Positions 19,230-28,141 of a stretch of DNA of 64,000 nucleotides are shown piece by piece; position 1 is the first letter of the stretch, and each line of letters opens with the position of its first letter. The stretch is from Blastocatellia bacterium (lineage in GTDB: Bacteria; Acidobacteriota; Blastocatellia; RBC074), in the NCBI GenBank assembly GCA_035331565.1, contig DAOLKO010000004.1, positions 239,802-303,801 on the forward strand. Reading direction: 5' to 3'. Position numbers and translations under genes: made by a program. The notes beneath the pieces are model-generated. The model worked only from the letters and a program-made list of their open reading frames with translations, was not told the origin of the DNA and made no database searches.

Positions 19230-19828
19230 AGTGATTTCTCCTGAACAAGGCGCGGACTCGGCGTCGGCGCGGGGTTGGCAATGACCATTTGGTAACGATT
19301 GGATTGGAGGTGCGCCGGTCAAAGACGGCCAGACCGGCAATTTCCGCAATTCAGTGCAACGAAGGTGCGGCGCAGTCTAAAAAAACGGTGTGGGCTTTTC
19401 AACCTGGTGCTTACCGCCGGAAATACCTTTCCGGCGGTAAGCGAGCGCTTTGCCGGGATGCTGTTGGCTATGTTCTCTTGCCGCAAATGTAAGTAGTGAA
19501 CTGATGTCCGGACACCGTTTGGGGTGCGGCAGCTGGGGGGGGCGGTAGCTGAAGGATAACGTTGGGAAACTCATTGCCCTGAAACCGGATACCTAGGACC
19601 GGAAACCTGACTACCAAAAAACCTTTTGAATCACACGGCACAGTCCAGTGCCGTCGCTCCCAAAAACGGGCGACGGAACAGTGCCGCCGCCACGTTTTTC
19701 TTTCCAGTCAAAAGCGGGCCGATCAACCAGGCTGTGCCGTTCGGACAGCCGCGCCAGAGCAATGTAACCGTACCCATTCACTTGATAAATCGGCGTTTTG
19801 CGCGGCTGACGTTGCGCTACGCTGCCGA

Positions 19829-20713
19829 CTAAAACCTCATTGTGGCTTCAACCAATGGCGTTACGTACCCGCCGACTTCTATGCCGTCCGCGCCGCCTTC
19901 GCCGTGAAGTTGAACGTGCAGAAAGCTGCGGCGGCCCATTTTCGCGCCTTGTTCGCTGATGAAGCGCGTTCCATCGGCGCTCGGCACCAGGCCGTGCTGA
20001 AGCATATACGCCGCCAGCGGCCCGGTGGCGCTGCCAGTAGCAGGGTCTTCGACCACGCCGTGTTCGGGCGCAAACATTCGCGAGTAAGCGCCCGCATGAG
20101 TCGGCGTGAAAACGAAAACACAGACGGACTCGCCTCCGAGGTCAAGCGCGCGCACGCCCTGCATATCGAACCAAGCGCGATCCACCGCCGCTTGATCCTT
20201 GAGCGCGATGTAAAGCGTTGGATTGCCTGCGCTGAAAATTTGCGGCACCACGCCGAGCAAATCATCCGGCGTCAGTCCCAAAGCCTGCGCGCAGAGCTTC
20301 GGCTCGAACGTTTTGCCGGCGTGAATCGGCGGCGTGGTGAGCCAGATCAAGGGGCGTTCGCCGCGCTCGACGCGAATCGGAACCGGGCCGATTTTTTCTT
20401 CCAGCACGAAATGCTCGCTGTCTTTCGGCACAATGCCTTCGTCCAGCAAGACGAAGCTCGCACCGATGGTCGGATGTCCGGCGAAAATCATTTCACTCAT
20501 CGGCGTAAAGATGCGGACACTGACCGCGCAGTCCGCCCGCGTGGCCGGGCTGATGAAGACGGTTTCGGACAGATTCAGTTCGCGCGCGATTTTTTGCATC
20601 GTCGCGCCGTCAAGTCCCGCCGCATCGGTGAAGACAGCCAGTGCGTTTCCTTCCAGCGGCTGCCGGGTGAAAACGTCCACGACGCGATAGCGGTACGCGT
20701 TGGTTTTACTCAT
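19829..20713 (-). CDS. PhzF family phenazine-biosynthesis-like isomerase
   Basis: YRVVDVFT...GNALAVF N-terminus and the overall 294 aa PhzF/YddE pattern. Confidence 0.8.
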   Translation of the reverse strand: MSKTNAYRYRVVDVFTRQPLEGNALAVFTDAAGLDGATMQKIARELNLSETVFISPATRADCAVSVRIFTPMSEMIFAGHPTIGASFVLLDEGIVPKDSEHFVLEEKIGPVPIRVERGERPLIWLTTPPIHAGKTFEPKLCAQALGLTPDDLLGVVPQIFSAGNPTLYIALKDQAAVDRAWFDMQGVRALDLGGESVCVFVFTPTHAGAYSRMFAPEHGVVEDPATGSATGPLAAYMLQHGLVPSADGTRFISEQGAKMGRRSFLHVQLHGEGGADGIEVGGYVTPLVEATMRF

Positions 20714-20728
20714 CGTTTTTGTCGCTCC

Positions 20729-21187
20729 TTACTTTTTCCGGTGTTTCATTTCCCACAGTACATTGACGATTACCCAGCGTCCGTCGAATTTCGACACGTG
20801 AAGGTAATCAATCCAATCATTGGCCACGATTTTGACGCTGGCGGCGTTCTCGAACAGATCGAGAATGGTCACGTCTTTTTGCTGTTTGTCCTTCGGCACG
20901 GCTCTGCTTTTCATGTTTCCGGCGATTTGCACCAGTGTCGGTGCGGTCATGTGTTCGAGCCTGCTTTTGCTCGTACTCGGATTCGCGCGGACGATGCGCT
21001 TGGCCAAATCCGGGTGCAGGCTACGCTCCATGCGCTCGGCGTTGCCCTCGTAATAACCTTCTATGTAATCCAGCGCCGTTTGCTTGATCGCTTCGCGGTC
21101 GGCGTCGGACTGCGCGCGGACGGTTCCGGCGACCAACAGCAGCAGTGAAAGCGCCATCAACAATGATCCAAATGTTCTTTGCATCAT
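20729..21187 (-). CDS. secreted NTF2-like (SnoaL/DUF4440-type) protein
   Basis: Signal peptide, then the AIKQTALDYIEGYYEGNAERM...WVIVNVLWE pattern of the NTF2-like fold. Confidence 0.55.
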   Translation of the reverse strand: MMQRTFGSLLMALSLLLLVAGTVRAQSDADREAIKQTALDYIEGYYEGNAERMERSLHPDLAKRIVRANPSTSKSRLEHMTAPTLVQIAGNMKSRAVPKDKQQKDVTILDLFENAASVKIVANDWIDYLHVSKFDGRWVIVNVLWEMKHRKK

Positions 21188-21211
21188 GATCTCCTTTTGA
21201 AGTTTTGAAAT

Positions 21212-22729
21212 TCAAACCAGTGCTTTGCGCACCGGCGAGTTTTTCGGCGCGCGTGCGCCGGACGAGATTTGTTTTTTAACCAACTTGCCCAGAACTTTTA
21301 TTCCCGCGTCAATCTGTGAGGTTGTTGTCATTGTGAACGAAAGGCGCAGCGTATCGGCTTGCGCGCGGCTGGCGTAAAACTGCGGCCCCGGCGTGAAGTA
21401 AATGCCTTGTTGCTGTGCCTGCGCCAGCAATTCGTCGGCATTCACGCCTTCCGGCAACCGTAGCCACAAAGCCATGCCGCCTTCCGGCTGCGACCAACTC
21501 GTCTCCGGCGGAAAGTATTGCTGCAAGGCCGTCAGCATTGCGTCGCGCCGTTGCGCGTAGTGGCGGCGACAGCGTTGAAGGTGTTTTTGAAACTGTCCCT
21601 GCCGCGCAAAATCGGCCAACGCGGCTTGCGCCAGCAAATTGCCGTGAAAATCGCTGCGCTGCCGAAGCGCCTGCAAATGCGCGATCAATAATCGCGGCGC
21701 GATAACCCAACCGACGCGCAAACCCGGAAAACCCACTTTGGAAAAACTGTTCAGATAAATGACCACGCCGTAACGATCCAGCGATTTCAACGAAGGCAGT
21801 GCCGCGCCCTCGTAGCGCAGTTCGCGGTAAATTTCGTCTTCGACCACAGGCACGCGATGTTGCGCGGCCAATTCGATCAAACGCCTGCGCGCCGCCAAAT
21901 CCATCGTCGCGCCGGTCGGATTTTGAAACGTCGGCACAACGTAAATCAGCTTCGGCCTGCGCCGTCGCAAGACGTCTTCGAGCGCATCCAGGTCAAGCCC
22001 CTGCGCGCCGACCGGCACGCTGATGCATTGATACTGCGACCGGCTGAACAAACTGAGCGCGCCGGGATAAGTAGGATTTTCAATGACGACCTCATCGCCC
22101 GGCTGCAACAAAGTCTGGCGCAGCAAGTCCAGCGCCTGTTGGCAACCGCTGGTCAGCAAAATTTCGTCGGCTTCGGCGCGAATGCTCGCCAGCGCCATTT
22201 GCTGCAACAGATATTGCTGCAACGTTTCGTAGCCGCTGCCGGCACCGAGTTGCAGCAAGCTGCGCCCTTCGCGCCGCAATACACGTTCGACCGAACGGCG
22301 AAAAGCATCCAGCGGAAACAACTCCGCCGCCGGCAGCGCGTGCGTAAAGAGCAGATTGCCTTTGCTCCGCGCCGCCTCACGAGCAGCCAGCCATTCCTCG
22401 CCGCGCAGTTCGGGCAACAAAGCCTCCCAATTGAGCGGCGGCAGCGGCGGCGCGACAGGTTCCGCCGCCGTCGCACTCGTTTGCACGACGGGCGCGGCAG
22501 CGATGTATGTGCCGCTGCCCACGCGCGAAGCGATCAGTCCGTCCGCGAGCAATTCATCATAAGCCGTGGCCACCGTGCTGCGATTGACGCCGAGTGAAAC
22601 GGCCAGCACGCGGTTCGGCGGCAAACGGTCGCCGATTTTCAGCGTGCCCTGCCGAATCAAACGCCGCACTTCGGCGGCGATTTGCGCGTAAAGCGGCGCG
22701 TGACTTTGCCGGTCAAGTTCGAGAATCAC
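21212..22729 (-). CDS. MocR-type regulator: GntR-family HTH fused to PLP-dependent aminotransferase domain
   Basis: N-terminal GntR HTH (LYAQIAAEVRRLIRQGTLKIGDRLPPNRVLAVSLGVNRSTVATAYDEL) plus a class-I aminotransferase-like body with the conserved K region (SFSKVGFPGLRVGW). Confidence 0.85.
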   Translation of the reverse strand: MILELDRQSHAPLYAQIAAEVRRLIRQGTLKIGDRLPPNRVLAVSLGVNRSTVATAYDELLADGLIASRVGSGTYIAAAPVVQTSATAAEPVAPPLPPLNWEALLPELRGEEWLAAREAARSKGNLLFTHALPAAELFPLDAFRRSVERVLRREGRSLLQLGAGSGYETLQQYLLQQMALASIRAEADEILLTSGCQQALDLLRQTLLQPGDEVVIENPTYPGALSLFSRSQYQCISVPVGAQGLDLDALEDVLRRRRPKLIYVVPTFQNPTGATMDLAARRRLIELAAQHRVPVVEDEIYRELRYEGAALPSLKSLDRYGVVIYLNSFSKVGFPGLRVGWVIAPRLLIAHLQALRQRSDFHGNLLAQAALADFARQGQFQKHLQRCRRHYAQRRDAMLTALQQYFPPETSWSQPEGGMALWLRLPEGVNADELLAQAQQQGIYFTPGPQFYASRAQADTLRLSFTMTTTSQIDAGIKVLGKLVKKQISSGARAPKNSPVRKALV

Positions 22730-22857
22730 AATGCACCTTTTCCTCTCATCATAATTGGCCCAACGATGCAGGCCATTTTAGCGATTTCCATCGAAGCATA
22801 AACCGCCAATTGCGAGCCAATTTCGCCCAGCCAATTTTCAGCCGAAAAACGAATGCG

Positions 22858-22919
22858 GTAAGCGAGCGTGAGCAAGCGCCAACAGCTTGATGTTGATGCG
22901 CTCGCTCACGCTCGCTTAC
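22858..22919 (-). terminator. hairpin terminator downstream of ADOP permease 1
   Basis: 22-bp inverted repeat GTAAGCGAGCGTGAGCAAGCGC / GCGCTCGCTCACGCTCGCTTAC with an 18-nt loop, followed on the minus strand by a TTTTT run. Confidence 0.5.
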
Positions 22920-22954
22920 CGCATTGAGAAAAGGCTCCGGCTGCGTCAGAGCGA

Positions 22955-25405
22955 CTACTCGCAGCGCAAAGCAATCATCGGCTCGACCTTCGTTGCCCGG
23001 CGCGCGGGAATCCAACAGGCCAACAACGCAACCGTCAGGAGCACCAACGGCACGCTAATAAATGTCGGCGGGTCGGTCGGGCTGATGCCGTAAAGCAGGC
23101 TTTTCAGCACGCGGGTCGCGGCAAAGGCTCCAGCCAGACCAAGCGCAGCGCCTAGGGCAACCAGCTTGATTCCCTGCCCCACAACCAACCGCAACACGTC
23201 CCTGCCTTGCGCGCCCAACGCCATACGGATGCCGATTTCCCGCGTTCGCTGTGCAACGCTGAACGCCAACACGCCGTACAGTCCCAACGCCGCCAGCACC
23301 AACGCCAGCAAACCGAATCCGCCGATCAGGAATGTTTGCAGCCGTCTGGTAAACAGCGCATCGCGCCAATAAGCATCGAGCGTTTTGACCTGATAAATCG
23401 GCAGCCGAGCATCGAGCGAACGGATTTGCTGTTGCACAGCGGCAAGCAACGATTCCGGCCCGGCAGCCGCGCGTAAATGTAAAGTCATGCCGCTGTTGTA
23501 TTGCTGAGCGAACGGAAAGTAGGCGGTGACGGACGGCTCATCGAACAACGAATGACCTTTGGCATCGCGCACCACTCCGACGACTTCGACAGGCTCGTCT
23601 CCTTTGCGGTTTTTCCACCTGAAGACTTTGCCCAGCGGGTTTTCGTTCGGCCAGATGCGGCGCGCAAAGGTTTCGTTGATCAGCGCAACACGCGGAGCTT
23701 CGGCCTTGTCCTGTTCGGTAAAGCCTCGCCCGACCAGCAAAGGCAATCCAATCGTGTTCGGATAATCGGGCGTGACGACGTTGTATTTCACGTTGAAATT
23801 CGGATGCATTTCCGTCGCGGCGTTGTTACCGAAACTGTTGCCTTGCAACGGAACCGTCAGCGCCAGACTTGCGGATTCGACTCCGGGCAATCCGCCCAGG
23901 CGTTCCAGCAATTGTTGGTAAAACAGTTTCCCTTGCTGTTCGGAATAATTCTGCCGCCCCAAATCCAGTCTGGCGGTCAACACATTTTCCCTGCTAAAGC
24001 CGACGTTGATCGCCTGTGCTTTTTGCAGCGAACGCACGCACAAACCCGCGCTGACCAGCAGCATCAGCGACAAGGCGATTTGCGCGACCACCAACCCGGA
24101 ACGCAACCGAGTCCGCGTGTGACGACTGACGGCACTGCCGGAGTTTTTGAGCAACGGCAACAAATTCGTTCGCGTGGCCTGCAAGGCGGGAGCAAGCCCG
24201 AACAACAACCCCGTCAAAACCGAGATTCCGGCTGTAAATCCAAACACGCGCCGGTTCAACGCGAAACCGAGCGAAGCACGCATATCGCTTTGTTCGTCCG
24301 GCAATCCGATGCGCAACGCATCGGTCAGCCACCAGGCAACCATTAACGACAACATTCCGCCAAGCAACGCCAGCAAAGTGCTTTCGGTCAGCAACTGCCG
24401 CACAACGCGCCACCGACCTGCTCCCAGCGCCAATCGAACACCGATTTCTTTTTGCCGGGCCGCCGTGCGAGCCAACGTCAAGCCGGCGATGTTCGCGCAG
24501 GCAATCAACAACACCAGCGCGACAATGCCGAATTGAATGGTCACAAGCTGCCCGATTTCGGCGGAATCTCCGGGCGACATTCCCAATCCGGCAACGACGC
24601 GCGCACCGCGTTTCGCATTCGTTTTCGGATAGGCCAGCCCCAGACGCGCGGCAATGACATCCAAATCGGCTTGTGCCTGAGCCACTGTGACGCCGGGTTT
24701 CAATCGCCCAATGACGCCGGCGAAATCCGAACTGCGACTGTTCAGCCAATCCGCGCCGATTTGCACCATCCACGGATTGCCGTGTCGCCACATCGTAATG
24801 GGAATCCAGACATCAGTGTTCTCGTCCATTCGGCTCGTGCCTTTGAATTCGGCGGCAACGCCGACGATTGTGTACGAATGGGAATTCAAGCTGACGGCCG
24901 TGCCCGCAACGTTGGGCGAAGCGCCGAATTGATGTCGCCACAACCGTTCGCTGATGACGGCAACCGGGTTCGCGCCTTCGACAACCGATTCCGCCGGTTG
25001 CAGCAAGCGTCCAAGTTTGGGTTGCACGCCCAGCACGTCAAAGTAATTGCCCGTTACCAGCGAACCTTTGATGCGTTCGGCGGCTTTGTCCGTGCCGAAA
25101 TGAAATTGCTGCTCGCTTTCGGCGGCAATTGCCGCAAACGCCGTCGTTTGCGCCGCGTAATCGCGGTAATCGGGAAACGACACCGAATTGAATCCTTTGC
25201 CGCCGTAGGTTTGTCCCACCTGCACCAGTTGCGACGGCTCAGTCACTCCGGGCAAAGGCTTCAGCCAGAGTGCGTCCAGCACGCTGAAGATCGTCGCATT
25301 CGCTCCAATGCCGAGCGCCAGAATGACCACCGCAATCAGCGTGAAGCCCGGTTGTTTCGCCAACATACGCGCGCCGTAGCGCAAGTCTTGCCAAAGTGTC
25401 TGCAT
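22955..25405 (-). CDS. ADOP-family ABC transporter permease (duplicated MacB-like periplasmic domain + FtsX; TIGR03434-like)
   Basis: N-terminus [41 protein letters not shown]; 816 aa; AAGGAG RBS. Confidence 0.85.
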   Translation of the reverse strand: MQTLWQDLRYGARMLAKQPGFTLIAVVILALGIGANATIFSVLDALWLKPLPGVTEPSQLVQVGQTYGGKGFNSVSFPDYRDYAAQTTAFAAIAAESEQQFHFGTDKAAERIKGSLVTGNYFDVLGVQPKLGRLLQPAESVVEGANPVAVISERLWRHQFGASPNVAGTAVSLNSHSYTIVGVAAEFKGTSRMDENTDVWIPITMWRHGNPWMVQIGADWLNSRSSDFAGVIGRLKPGVTVAQAQADLDVIAARLGLAYPKTNAKRGARVVAGLGMSPGDSAEIGQLVTIQFGIVALVLLIACANIAGLTLARTAARQKEIGVRLALGAGRWRVVRQLLTESTLLALLGGMLSLMVAWWLTDALRIGLPDEQSDMRASLGFALNRRVFGFTAGISVLTGLLFGLAPALQATRTNLLPLLKNSGSAVSRHTRTRLRSGLVVAQIALSLMLLVSAGLCVRSLQKAQAINVGFSRENVLTARLDLGRQNYSEQQGKLFYQQLLERLGGLPGVESASLALTVPLQGNSFGNNAATEMHPNFNVKYNVVTPDYPNTIGLPLLVGRGFTEQDKAEAPRVALINETFARRIWPNENPLGKVFRWKNRKGDEPVEVVGVVRDAKGHSLFDEPSVTAYFPFAQQYNSGMTLHLRAAAGPESLLAAVQQQIRSLDARLPIYQVKTLDAYWRDALFTRRLQTFLIGGFGLLALVLAALGLYGVLAFSVAQRTREIGIRMALGAQGRDVLRLVVGQGIKLVALGAALGLAGAFAATRVLKSLLYGISPTDPPTFISVPLVLLTVALLACWIPARRATKVEPMIALRCE

Positions 25406-25433
25406 AAACTTTTCTCCTTAACAATCCGGCATT

Positions 25434-25667
25434 TAGACAGGATTGACAGGATTTTTTCGGGATTGACAGGATGCCTTTATAGCTTTCAAGAAAATGTTTT
25501 CCACGAAGTCACACGAAGCTTCACGAAGAAAAACCAAATTTCTCTGATTCCACTCTTCGTGGTTTCTTCGTGTGGCTTCGTGGAGGGAAACTCTTTTTCT
25601 TAGTGGCTGTCGGCGAGCTTTTTGCCGATCCCGTCAATCCTGTGACAAATCCTGTCAATCCTGTCTA
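25434..25667. repeat. composite palindromic element: about 40-bp inverted arms with GATTGACAGGAT repeats flanking MITE-like element copy B (25488-25610)
   Basis: Left arm TAGACAGGATTGACAGGATTTTTTCGGGATTGACAGGAT. The reverse complement of the right arm is TAGACAGGATTGACAGGATTTGTCACAGGATTGACGGGAT. The inner element is CAAGAAAATGTTTTCCACGAAGTCACACGAAGCTTCACGAAG...CTTCGTGTGGCTTCGTGGAGG. It lies between two ADOP genes, immediately upstream of the 25405 start. Confidence 0.65.
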
Positions 25668-25686
25668 TTCCGCCTTGCTTTTTGCA

Positions 25687-28107
25687 TTACTCACAACGCA
25701 AAGCGACCATCGGATCAACCTTTGTTGCGCGCCACGCCGGAATCCAGCAGGCCACAAAGGCCACGCCGATCAGCAAACCCGACGCCGCAAGAACACTGAG
25801 CGGGTCGGCGGCTTTGACGCCGTAAAGCAAACCGGCGATCAAGCGTGCAAGCCCGAATGCGCCGAACAATCCCAGCGCGACGCCGGCGGCAACCAGTTTC
25901 ATTCCCTGCCCGACAATCAGCCGCAAAACGTCACGCGAACCGGCCCCCAGCGCCACGCGAATGCCGATTTCGTGCGTGCGTTGCGAAACCATTTGCGACA
26001 TCACGGCGAACAGTCCCGCCGCCGACAACAACAGTGCAACAAGCGCAAACGTTCCCAACATGACCATCGGAAAACGACGACGCGCCACGGCGTCGGAAAG
26101 GTGCTGTTCCAGAGTCTTGAGATTGTAAAGCGGCTGATCGCGATCCAGTTCGGCCAGCGCCTGCCGTACGGCATTCGCCGACGCCGCCGGGTCGCCAGCG
26201 GTTTTCATCGCAACGCTGATGAAGGCCGCAGGCTGTTGCTGCGAGTGCAGGTAAAATTCCGGCAGAACTTCGCTTTCCAGTCCCAGCGTTTTGACATCGC
26301 CGACGACACCGACGACTTCGTAAACTTGCGGATTGCCGCGATCCAACAACACGCGTTTGCCGACGGGGTTGTCCTGTTGAAAGAGTTTCCGCGCCAGCGT
26401 CTGATTCAACATCAGAACTCGCGGCGCACCTCGGCGGTCTTGTTCGTTGAAAATGCGTCCGGCCAATAGGGGAATGCCCAGCGCGCGGAAGTAATCCGCG
26501 CCGGCCACTTGCGACAAACCGACGATGCCTTCTTTCTCCGCGCCGTCGCCTTCGCGTTTGATCGGCCAGCCGTTCAGTGCCGCGTTCGCCGCCATAGGCA
26601 AATGGCTGGCGGAACCGACTGCCTCGACGCCCGGCAATGCCTGCAAACGTTCGATCACGCTTTGATAAAAAGCCGCGCGCTGTTCGGGCGTACCGTATTT
26701 CAACGCGGTAGGCGCAAGCTCGAAGGTCAACACGCGCTCCGGGTTGAAGCCGGGTTGAAGCTGCATCACCGCATAAAAACTTCTGACCATCAGCCCTGCG
26801 CCCAGCAGCAAGACCAGCGCCAGCGCAACTTCGCCGACCGTGAAAATCCTGCGCAAACGCGGTGTCATTCCGATGGCGGTGCGGCTTCCGCTTTCTTTCA
26901 GCGCCTGCGCCAGATCGGGTTTCGACGCCTGCCAGGCCGGAATCAATCCGCAAAGCAAACCGGTCAGGAAGGTCACGCCCAGACAAAACAACAGCACACG
27001 CCAATGCAGCGTCACGGAGTTCAAGGAGGCAATCTGCGTCGGGCTGACGGCCGTCAGCGCGTCCACCAGCCAGATTGAAAGCAGCAATCCCAGCGCGCCG
27101 CCGACCGCTGCCAGCAACAGGCTCTCGGTCAGCCACAAACGCAGCAATCGCGCCCGGCTTGCGCCCAACGCCGCACGCAACGCCGTTTCCTTGCCGCGCG
27201 CCACGGATCGCGCCAGCAATAGATTGGCGACGTTGGCGCAAGCAATCAGCAACACGAAGGCCACCGCCGCCAATAACATCAACAACGGTTTTTGAATTTC
27301 GCCCGAAAACTTTTCGCTGAGCGGCGACAGCCTGACGCGCGGGTCATAGGTGAATTCGCCGAATGTTTTGACTTCGAGTTTGAGTCGTTGGTTGAGCAGC
27401 GTCAGTTCGGCTTGCGCCTGTTCAAGCGGCACGCCGACTTTGAGTTTACCGATGGCTTCCCAGTAATAAGTTTCTTTGGCCAGCACGTCATCGTTGGGCA
27501 GCAGCGGAATCCACAGCGCGGCGCGGCGGCCGTCGTGGGCGTATTGGAAACTCGGCGGCATCACGCCGACGACATCGAAACCGACGCCGTTGAGCCGGAT
27601 CGTTTGCCGCAAAATGTCCGGGGAACCGCCGTAGCGTCGCTGCCAAAGTTCATGGCTGAGCAAGGCGACGCGATTGCCGCCGCTGCGTTGTTCGTCCGCA
27701 GAAAACCAACGTCCCAGCAGCGGATTGACGCCCAGCAACGGAAAGAACTCCGCCGAAACGCGCATCACCTGCGCGCGTTCCGGCGTGTGTTCATCGGTCA
27801 GGTTGGCGCGCCCGGCGTCGTAAGCCGCCAGCGATTCCAGCGACTGCACAGGCTGTTTGCGCTGCATGAATTTGTCCGGCGCATCGAAAACGGCTTCGAG
27901 CAAGGTTCCGACGCCTTGTTTGACCAGCACCAGACGCTCCGGCGCGGTAAACGGCAACGGACGAAACAGCAAAGCGTCCGCAAAGCTGAACAGCGCGGTG
28001 TTCGCTCCAATCGCCAGCGCCAGCATGCCGACCACAACCAACACAAAGCTTTTTTGCCGGCTTAAAAATCGGATGATGTATTTCAAGTCTTGTCGCAGGG
28101 TTTGCAT
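25687..28107 (-). CDS. ADOP-family ABC transporter permease
   Basis: MQTLRQDLKYIIRFLSRQKSFVLVVVGMLALAIGANTALFS. The start at 28107 is preceded by a GAGGAGATA RBS; about 806 aa. Confidence 0.85.
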   Translation of the reverse strand: MQTLRQDLKYIIRFLSRQKSFVLVVVGMLALAIGANTALFSFADALLFRPLPFTAPERLVLVKQGVGTLLEAVFDAPDKFMQRKQPVQSLESLAAYDAGRANLTDEHTPERAQVMRVSAEFFPLLGVNPLLGRWFSADEQRSGGNRVALLSHELWQRRYGGSPDILRQTIRLNGVGFDVVGVMPPSFQYAHDGRRAALWIPLLPNDDVLAKETYYWEAIGKLKVGVPLEQAQAELTLLNQRLKLEVKTFGEFTYDPRVRLSPLSEKFSGEIQKPLLMLLAAVAFVLLIACANVANLLLARSVARGKETALRAALGASRARLLRLWLTESLLLAAVGGALGLLLSIWLVDALTAVSPTQIASLNSVTLHWRVLLFCLGVTFLTGLLCGLIPAWQASKPDLAQALKESGSRTAIGMTPRLRRIFTVGEVALALVLLLGAGLMVRSFYAVMQLQPGFNPERVLTFELAPTALKYGTPEQRAAFYQSVIERLQALPGVEAVGSASHLPMAANAALNGWPIKREGDGAEKEGIVGLSQVAGADYFRALGIPLLAGRIFNEQDRRGAPRVLMLNQTLARKLFQQDNPVGKRVLLDRGNPQVYEVVGVVGDVKTLGLESEVLPEFYLHSQQQPAAFISVAMKTAGDPAASANAVRQALAELDRDQPLYNLKTLEQHLSDAVARRRFPMVMLGTFALVALLLSAAGLFAVMSQMVSQRTHEIGIRVALGAGSRDVLRLIVGQGMKLVAAGVALGLFGAFGLARLIAGLLYGVKAADPLSVLAASGLLIGVAFVACWIPAWRATKVDPMVALRCE

Positions 28108-28141
28108 CTTTATCTCCTCAAGGTGAACCGCCGAAAAACTT

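Noticed and set aside
19350-19828. Possible tRNA or other structured RNA gene in the 480-bp spacer upstream of the BNR gene
   Set aside because: Hairpins are present but there is no cloverleaf-compatible arrangement (no GTTC/TPsiC-like arm with acceptor-stem complementarity). It is treated as 5'-UTR or promoter sequence with dispersed repeat motifs.
19904-21148. 414-aa plus-strand ORF spanning the PhzF and NTF2-like genes
   Set aside because: Antisense shadow ORF. It crosses an intergenic gap between two well-supported minus-strand genes.
23501-25603. Plus-strand ORFs (281 and 383 aa) inside ADOP permease 1
   Set aside because: Antisense to the ADOP CDS. The second runs through the MITE-like element, which explains its recurring ...FHEVTRSFTKKN... 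tail; a similar tail is seen at 55748-55942.
25931-27241. 436-aa minus-strand alternative-frame ORF within ADOP permease 2
   Set aside because: Out-of-frame overlap with the supported ADOP CDS; Arg/Gly-rich low complexity.
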